Below the pieces are notes generated by a model, which made no database searches, was not told the origin of the DNA, and saw nothing but the letters and a program-made list of their open reading frames with translations. The position numbers and the translations under genes are program-made. From the NCBI RefSeq assembly GCF_013365435.1, contig NZ_CP046577.1, positions 630,001 through 662,000 of the forward strand: a stretch of DNA of 32,000 bases. The letters run 5' to 3'. Positions 17,810-32,000 of the stretch are shown in pieces. The first letter of the stretch is position 1; each line of letters opens with the position of its first letter. Source of the stretch: Wolbachia endosymbiont of Litomosoides sigmodontis. Its GTDB lineage: Bacteria > Pseudomonadota > Alphaproteobacteria > Rickettsiales > Anaplasmataceae.

Positions 17810-19927
17810 TTACTCTACTAATATCTCTCTCTTTCCTGAGTAATTTGGAGCGCTGATAATACCTTCTTTTTCCATTTTTTCAACAATATTTGCAGCCCTG
17901 TTATAGCCTATTCTAAGCTGTCGTTGAATGTAACTAGTTGAAACTTTTTGATCCCTTTGAATAATAGCTATTGCTTGCTTATATAAAGCATTCTCTCCAT
18001 CTTCTATTTCACCCTCTAATTCTGCAGAAGAATCTTCTTTTGTGATTTCCTCTATATAGTTTGGTTTACCTTGCATTTTTAGATGATCAACTATATTTTG
18101 CACTTCTGCATCACTCACAAATGGACCATGAACTCGCATAATCTTACCACCAGAGGCCATATAGAGCATGTCACCCATACCGAGCAATTGTTCAGCACCT
18201 TGTTCACCAAGTATTGTCCTGCTATCTATTTTAGAAGTGACAGCAAAACTGATTCTCGTTGGAAAGTTCGCTTTTATCACGCCTGTTATCACATCCACAG
18301 ATGGACGTTGTGTTGCTACTATAATGTGTATTCCTGCAGCACGAGCCATTTGAGCTAAACGTTGAATAGAACACTCTATTTCTTTACCAGCAACAAGCAT
18401 CAAATCTGCCATTTCATCTACAATTACTACAATATATGGAAATGTCTCCATCTTGATTGGTATCTTTTCAAATAAGGGTTTGCCTGTTATTGAGTTAAAT
18501 CCAATCTGTACAACACGCTCTAATTCTATCCCACTATTCATTGCTTCTATGATCTTTTGGTTATAGTTTATTACATTGCGTACATTCAAATATGACATCA
18601 TACGATAGCGATTTTCCATCTCTTTTACTATCCACTTAAGAGCAATAACAGCCTTTTTTGGCTCTGTTACTACCGGCGTTATTAGGTGTGGTATTGCATC
18701 ATATATTGAAAGCTCAAGCATCTTTGGATCGATCATTATCATCTTACACGCATCAGGACTTAATCGATAAATAAGTGAAAGAATCATAGTGTTAACTGCA
18801 ACTGATTTACCTGATCCTGTAGTCCCAGCAACAAGCAAGTGAGGCATTTTAGCCAGATCAGCAACAACTGGTTTCCCACTTATTTCTTTACCAAGTGCAA
18901 TTGGAAGGTTTAAATTTACATTTTGGTACTCCGATGATTCAAGCAAGTCACGTAGCATAACGATTTCTCGTTCCTTGTTTGGGAATTCTATTCCCATAGC
19001 ATTTTGTCCACGAATTATTGAAATACGTGTAGATAATGCACTCATTGAACGTGCAATGTCATCTGCGAGGCCAATTACTCTTGCAGATTTTGTACCAGCT
19101 TGTGGTTCAAGCTTATATAAAGTTACAACTGGCCCATAACACACACTAATAATTTTTCCTTGTATTCCAAAATCACTAAGGACTTGCTTCAGCAAAAATA
19201 AATTTTTATTGCCCTCCACCTCATTCAGCTGGTCTATCTGTAAAGATTTTTCTGCTTTAGAAAGTAAGTGAATGCTTGGAAACTCAAACTCATTAGAAGA
19301 TTTAAAGATCTCTTCAATAACTTTCTTCTGCATTTCTTTTGGTTGCTGTTTAGTAGTAATTTGAGCTCTGCATTTTTTATCCACTACTAATGGTGCAGTC
19401 AGATACTCAGCAACTTTATATGACCTAAAAAACAGAACCCTTACAAAAAGAGAAGCTGCTTTTTTACATAAGAGGAATAGCAAGTAAACCGTTCTCCTCC
19501 AACCAATTAACCCTATAATACCTATTAACGTTGCTATCATAAATACGTAAAAAGGGCAGTTATTAATTAGTGCATTTCCTATTACTCCACTGTGCATATA
19601 TCCAGCAGTAATGCCCAGTGAAAGTTGTGGTAATATAGCACATATTCCTATATTGATTAATATTGAGTAGAGAATTTTCAGTAGCCTTCCTGATGATTTA
19701 AAGATCAAAAAATAAACTATAGTGGTAGCTATTGTAACACTAATTAATCCAAAAAATTGAACTAATATATCAGCTAAATAAGAACCTACTATTCCACCTA
19801 AATTTGTTACTTCTCTATCTGTGACTGTGTTTAAGGATGGATCTTTATAATTATAACTAAAAACTGATATATATATGTATATCAAAAGTGATAAATATAT
19901 TACTGCTTTTAGATATTTTTTTAGCAT
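17810..19927 (-). CDS. ftsK: DNA translocase FtsK
   Basis: A 705-aa ORF with N-terminal TM helices, the motor-domain Walker A 'LLVAGTTGSGKSVAVN', Walker B 'IVVIVDEMADLM', and a C-terminal winged-helix gamma domain ('VSTSYIQRQLRIGYNRAANIVEKME'). Its ATG (19925-19927) directly abuts the yggT stop codon (19928-19930). Confidence 0.92.
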   Translation of the reverse strand: MLKKYLKAVIYLSLLIYIYISVFSYNYKDPSLNTVTDREVTNLGGIVGSYLADILVQFFGLISVTIATTIVYFLIFKSSGRLLKILYSILINIGICAILPQLSLGITAGYMHSGVIGNALINNCPFYVFMIATLIGIIGLIGWRRTVYLLFLLCKKAASLFVRVLFFRSYKVAEYLTAPLVVDKKCRAQITTKQQPKEMQKKVIEEIFKSSNEFEFPSIHLLSKAEKSLQIDQLNEVEGNKNLFLLKQVLSDFGIQGKIISVCYGPVVTLYKLEPQAGTKSARVIGLADDIARSMSALSTRISIIRGQNAMGIEFPNKEREIVMLRDLLESSEYQNVNLNLPIALGKEISGKPVVADLAKMPHLLVAGTTGSGKSVAVNTMILSLIYRLSPDACKMIMIDPKMLELSIYDAIPHLITPVVTEPKKAVIALKWIVKEMENRYRMMSYLNVRNVINYNQKIIEAMNSGIELERVVQIGFNSITGKPLFEKIPIKMETFPYIVVIVDEMADLMLVAGKEIECSIQRLAQMARAAGIHIIVATQRPSVDVITGVIKANFPTRISFAVTSKIDSRTILGEQGAEQLLGMGDMLYMASGGKIMRVHGPFVSDAEVQNIVDHLKMQGKPNYIEEITKEDSSAELEGEIEDGENALYKQAIAIIQRDQKVSTSYIQRQLRIGYNRAANIVEKMEKEGIISAPNYSGKREILVE

Positions 19928-20206
19928 CTACTTAAAGTAGTAAGTTATTGTATATTTTACAAAGTGAATCGCTATTAGCAATATCATTACAGATAAGTCC
20001 AACCCATTGAGTGGTTGTATATACCTCCTGATAACTTTCAGTGGTGGATGGATGAGCAGATTCAAAGCGTGCATTATGTTGCTTAAAACTTCGTTATACA
20101 TGTTTACTATATTAAGCTTGATCAAGCAATCCAGAATAATCCAACATATTAGAATGAAGCTATAAAGATCAAGCAACATGTTCAGTAAATATATGATTGG
20201 ATGCAT
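19928..20206 (-). CDS. yggT: YggT family membrane protein
   Basis: A 92-aa protein with two TM segments and a YggT-like loop 'LIHPPLKVIRRYIQPLNGLDLSVMILLI'. It is directly abutted to ftsK. Confidence 0.65.
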   Translation of the reverse strand: MHPIIYLLNMLLDLYSFILICWIILDCLIKLNIVNMYNEVLSNIMHALNLLIHPPLKVIRRYIQPLNGLDLSVMILLIAIHFVKYTITYYFK

Positions 20207-20428
20207 GCGTGTCCATTATATGAAAATTATATAAAAGATAAGTATTTAGGAATTTTAAATCAACCCCCCCTTTCCAAGTTCAATATGTTATTTTAACATA
20301 AATTAGAGAACTTATCAGAAAAAGTAGCTTCGTATGACTATATCTATAAAATTTTGGCAGCAAGTCTGACAATCCTATCTGCTTATTTTTTTATTTATAG
20401 AGTATATTTTCAAACATCCTACAAATAA

Positions 20429-20881
20429 CTACTTATCACGCAATTGGCCTATAGATATAATACTATCATTTGATGAATTCTCAGTATATTTCTCACTTTT
20501 ATATTCTTTGTCAGAATCTATACTGATTTTATCAAATATTAAAACATCTCCTGAAATTTTATCATAAAATTTCCCAATAGCAAAAAACGGCACGGTGACT
20601 TGCTCTTGTTTTCCGCAAAAACTCAAACCAACACTAAATCTATCCTCAAAAATTTTCAAATTATAAAATTGATGCTGCAATACAATAAGCATTTGAGTAG
20701 GATGTAACTTTCTTAAGTAATTTGGTATGACAACACTATTAAAATACGTGAAAAATAATATTTCTAAATGAGGAGTAAAGCTTTCACATGATATAATCGT
20801 TAAAGCCTTTTTGATAACTTGAAATTTGGCAGAATTGAGTGATTTCTTATAACTTACCTTATCCATATAAATCTTAAACAT
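20429..20881 (-). CDS. sspB: SspB-like ClpXP specificity-enhancing adaptor (alphaproteobacterial SspB type)
   Basis: A 150-aa ORF whose pattern 'HLEILFFTYFNSVVIPNYLRKLHPTQMLIVLQHQFYNLKIFEDRFSVGLSFCGKQEQVTVPFFAIGKFYD' matches the alpha-SspB core (H.yI.F.T...GV.iP..L...yP.eMTIVLQhQFw.L.V....F.V.LSF.g....L.VPf.Ai..F.D). It has an acidic/Ser-rich linker and a C-terminal 'IISIGQLRDK' that resembles a ClpX-binding tail. An alternative start is the ATG at 20866 (MDKVSY...). Confidence 0.75.
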   Translation of the reverse strand: MFKIYMDKVSYKKSLNSAKFQVIKKALTIISCESFTPHLEILFFTYFNSVVIPNYLRKLHPTQMLIVLQHQFYNLKIFEDRFSVGLSFCGKQEQVTVPFFAIGKFYDKISGDVLIFDKISIDSDKEYKSEKYTENSSNDSIISIGQLRDK

Positions 20882-20884
20882 GTG

Positions 20885-21186
20885 AATTTTGGGAAACTTC
20901 TGTTACCCGGCGTTCCCTAAACCGTGCTTATAGCAATGCAGTTATAGTGCTTAAATTAAGCAGCTACCGCAACATCGTTTTCAGCAGCAAAATTATCGTT
21001 TGCATTTAAATTATGAACTCTTAGCGGTGGTATCTAACCGAGCAAAGTTACCATCTTTACTATGTATGTCTACTCTTAATTCGCCCCCATGTAAATTAAA
21101 AATATGGTGGAGGCGCCGAGCACTGCCCTCGGGTCCAATACACTTATTATAAGGTAATTTTATTGCCATAGCGTATCAAAGTACAC
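20885..21186 (-). ncRNA. ssrA: tmRNA (ssrA), the circularly permuted two-piece alphaproteobacterial type
   Basis: Reading the minus strand, the parts appear in this order.
- Acceptor piece ending '...ggacccgagggcagtgctcggCGCCTCCACCA', with the 3' A at 21105.
- A 16-nt spacer.
- Coding piece starting 'GGGGGCG' (21088-21082). This pairs with 'CGCCUCC' to form a 7-bp acceptor stem with G3:U.
- Tag reading frame at 21003-20956: 'gca aac gat aat ttt gct gct gaa aac gat gtt gcg gta gct gct taa', giving ANDNFAAENDVAVAA*.
- An inter-piece helix: 'uauGgcaau' (about 21165-21173) pairs with 'auugcUaua' (about 20929-20937).
The outer boundaries are approximate. Confidence 0.85.
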
Positions 21187-21192
21187 CTAGTC

Positions 21193-21221
21193 ATTGTATA
21201 GCAATATTTAATAAATGTCAA
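21193..21221 (-). promoter_or_regulatory. Sigma-70-type promoter candidate for ssrA
   Basis: The minus strand reads 'cTTGACAtttattaaatattgctaTACAATgactagg'. That is a consensus -35 TTGACA (21221-21216), an exactly 17-nt spacer, and a -10 TACAAT (21198-21193). It lies just upstream of the predicted tmRNA acceptor-piece 5' end. Confidence 0.55.
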
Positions 21222-21336
21222 GATACTTAACTTTAAGTTAATTGATAGCTTAAATAAAATTAAGATTTTCAGAAAGAGAATTACTTTGCCTGCTTACCGA
21301 TATAATCATAATTACAGCAGAGATATTCGTACCAAT

Positions 21337-22092
21337 TCTAATTGTTAATTAGTAAAAAAAAGTGACATGGCATTGAAATCAAAATTATTGGATGAAAAAG
21401 TCACGAAAAATGCTGCAATCGCAGCAAAAAAAACACGGCATAAACAGCAGTAGCAAAAATATGTTGCATTTCAAGAACAGCACTAACTGCATAAATAAAG
21501 CACATAAAATTTGGAAGAGAAAAAAATTACTTACTCCACCTTAATGGAGTAGAAAAACTAGATTGAATCAGAGTTAATTTAAACAAGTTGAAGTATGGAT
21601 ACAAGAGAATACAATATTAACGTTAAAGAAATAAGAATCTAGAAAAAAATCTGGCTTGAATGTCAATAAATCCTGCAGTATACCGTAATATGCAAAAAAT
21701 AAAGTTTTATAAGAAAACAGATTAAAATAAAATTAGGTAAATAAAATTTTCATTTCTACAGTGCAGTTAATTACAAAATGGAGAAAATTCTAGACGTTTG
21801 CACCAATTGCAATATTTAAGAACACGAGACATCTTTCTTGTCATGAATTGTGCTAGTTAGCATAAGTCAAAAAATTTAAAGTATCTAAAAATATCAAGAT
21901 TATATACCTATCACCACCCTTACCAGGGCTCAATCCTATTAAGAGAGATTTTAATTGTGTATAAAAAAAGCCTGTAATACAATTGCTTTACTTGAGAGCA
22001 CTTTATGTAAAGTTATTACCTCTTTTTCTCACTCCGCAATTAAATAACTTTGCAATATCATCTATTTGATCCATTAACAATAAGAATTAGTA
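21337..22092 (+). mobile_element. Decayed IS630-family relic, copy 5 (~0.75 kb, internally deleted, transposase remnant on the plus strand)
   Basis: The left end is 'TAccaattctaattgttaattagtaaaaaaaagtgacat' and the right end is 'caatatcatctatttgatccattaacaataagaattagTA'. The plus-strand remnants are 'LLDEKVTKNAA' and the best-preserved DDE-region fragment 'LSPPLPGLNPIKRDF' (compare 'LPPYSPDLNPIEKFW'). The relic ends 55 bp from the rpoBC stop codon. Confidence 0.65.
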
Positions 22093-22146
22093 TAAGACTA
22101 CGCTAGCGTTCACACAGTTTTACACATCTGTTTTTGTTAGCCACAT

Positions 22147-30684
<8,538 letters not shown>

Positions 30685-30741
30685 TCAAATTAACTACAAA
30701 GGGCTATATCAATATAAAATTAATATATTAATATCAACATC

Positions 30742-31152
<411 letters not shown>

Positions 31153-31169
31153 TTACTTGACAATAAAAT

Positions 31170-31688
31170 TTATTTTTTAGAACTATAATAATCTAATACT
31201 TTCATAAGCCTCATGGAAGGTGAGTTAATAGATAACACCAATCTTGCAGAAATATTATAAAATATTAAATGCACAACTTTAATACGCAGCTCATCAAGAG
31301 AAGGCAACATAGCTAGCTTATTAACATCCTCTGCTGTAAGCAACTGATTTAAGTGAGCTGCACAAATCACAGACATCTTTTCTTTATTAGCATTAATGAA
31401 GTCAATTATTAGTTTTGCAGCCTCTACTATACTGCTAGAGTATATAATAGCAACGGGACCAGAAAACTTATCTAACAAGTAAGAAAATTTATCAGTTTTT
31501 TCTAAAGCCAAACGTGCTAGAGTGTTTTTAACTACTAGCATCCCACTTGCCGTAGACTTTAAGCTATCCCTAAGTGCTAATGAATCACTAGCATTTATAG
31601 ACTTAAAGTTTACCAGTATTAAAAAATCATTATTTATAAACACGTTTATTATATTTCGTATAAATTCATTTTTATTCTTGCGCTTCAC
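31170..31688 (-). CDS. rplJ: 50S ribosomal protein L10
   Basis: A 172-aa ORF with a GTG start, positioned between rplA and rplL. It has an L10-like pattern ('LILVNFKSINASDSLALRDSLKS...MLVVKNTLARLAL'). Confidence 0.85.
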   Translation of the reverse strand: MKRKNKNEFIRNIINVFINNDFLILVNFKSINASDSLALRDSLKSTASGMLVVKNTLARLALEKTDKFSYLLDKFSGPVAIIYSSSIVEAAKLIIDFINANKEKMSVICAAHLNQLLTAEDVNKLAMLPSLDELRIKVVHLIFYNISARLVLSINSPSMRLMKVLDYYSSKK

Positions 31689-31699
31689 GGTATTACCCC

Positions 31700-32000
31700 C
31701 TAAATTATATCTTCCACTTTACTCACTTTATAAGCCTTACCCATAGTTGAATTTAAAAAAATACTCTTAAAGTACACTCCTTTTACAGAAATAGGTTTAT
31801 TACTTTTAATTACTTTAAGAAAGGCTTTTAAATTTTCTAGCAAATCATCAACAGCAAATTTGATATTCCCTAATTTGCCGTGAACAATACCATTTTTATC
31901 TGTCCTAAATTTTATTTGACCAGACTTGATGGTTTTAATAGCTTCTGCAACGTTAAAAGTGACGGTACCAAATTTAGGATTAGGCATTAATCCTTTAGTG
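31700..32000 (-). CDS. rplA: 50S ribosomal protein L1 (C-terminal part; the gene continues past the window end)
   Basis: The minus-strand frame stays open to the window edge. The sequence '[44 protein letters not shown]...[20 protein letters not shown]' matches the L1 core (MPNPK.GTVT.dv..av...K.G.v.fR.dk.g.iH..iGk.sF). Confidence 0.9.
   Translation of the reverse strand, partial: TKGLMPNPKFGTVTFNVAEAIKTIKSGQIKFRTDKNGIVHGKLGNIKFAVDDLLENLKAFLKVIKSNKPISVKGVYFKSIFLNSTMGKAYKVSKVEDII

Noticed and set aside
18083-18358. Plus-strand ORFs inside ftsK (18083-18358, 18168-18353) and inside rpoBC (22426-22635, 23786-23992, 24140-24373, 24370-24558, 25388-25576)
   Set aside because: They are antisense shadow ORFs within highly conserved genes. 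Nothing suggests overlapping coding.
20262-20272. A C-homopolymer run ('caacccccccttt') in the yggT-sspB spacer as a possible phase-variation tract
   Set aside because: It is short and intergenic, with no adjacent promoter elements or ORF start that it could modulate.
20885-20925. The hairpin 'gggaac...guuuccc' after the tmRNA as a rho-independent terminator
   Set aside because: The stem is only about 5-6 bp with a large loop. On the transcribed strand it is followed by AAAAUUC rather than a U-tract. It does not meet the usual intrinsic-terminator pattern, so I did not annotate it as a feature. It is mentioned under the ssrA-sspB finding.
331-22092. The dispersed repeats as a possible CRISPR array or REP/intergenic repeat family
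   Set aside because: The repeat units are hundreds of bp long and are not regularly spaced. They have terminal inverted repeats and contain transposase remnants. That makes them IS relics, not CRISPR repeats. I saw no short direct-repeat/spacer periodicity anywhere in the window.

Overview
This is a visibly AT-rich chromosomal segment that I infer comes from a Wolbachia-like member of the Anaplasmataceae (Rickettsiales). Three things support that: a single 2842-aa fused rpoB-rpoC ORF downstream of rplA-rplJ-rplL, a circularly permuted two-piece tmRNA of the alphaproteobacterial type, and typical reduced-genome housekeeping genes. I cannot confirm the organism without a database search.

The window has two distinct halves.
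- Positions 1-15.4 kb are only about 40% intact coding by my own annotation. They hold pepA, rpmJ, a ppsR-like gene, ccmC, miaA, a hypothetical gene, tsaC and holB. Between these lie at least six decayed copies of one IS630/Tc1-mariner-family insertion sequence, a multiply frameshifted recG pseudogene, and several 0.5-0.9 kb spacers I could not assign.
- Positions 15.4-32 kb are about 90% coding. They hold an orphan VirB8-like gene, rnhB, mraY, ftsK, yggT, sspB, ssrA, the rpoBC fusion, rplL, rplJ and a partial rplA.

Two genes are absent from the ORF track and were found by reading the sequence: rpmJ (L36, 42 aa) and the two-piece tmRNA, which has a near-consensus promoter and sits directly upstream of sspB.

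I found no CRISPR array, tRNA, rRNA, prophage module, or recognisable defence or toxin system. I see no convincing novel multi-gene system here. The most unusual items are the ssrA-sspB linkage, the IS-relic architecture around recG, the orphan VirB8-like gene, and an uncharacterised 156/160-aa protein.
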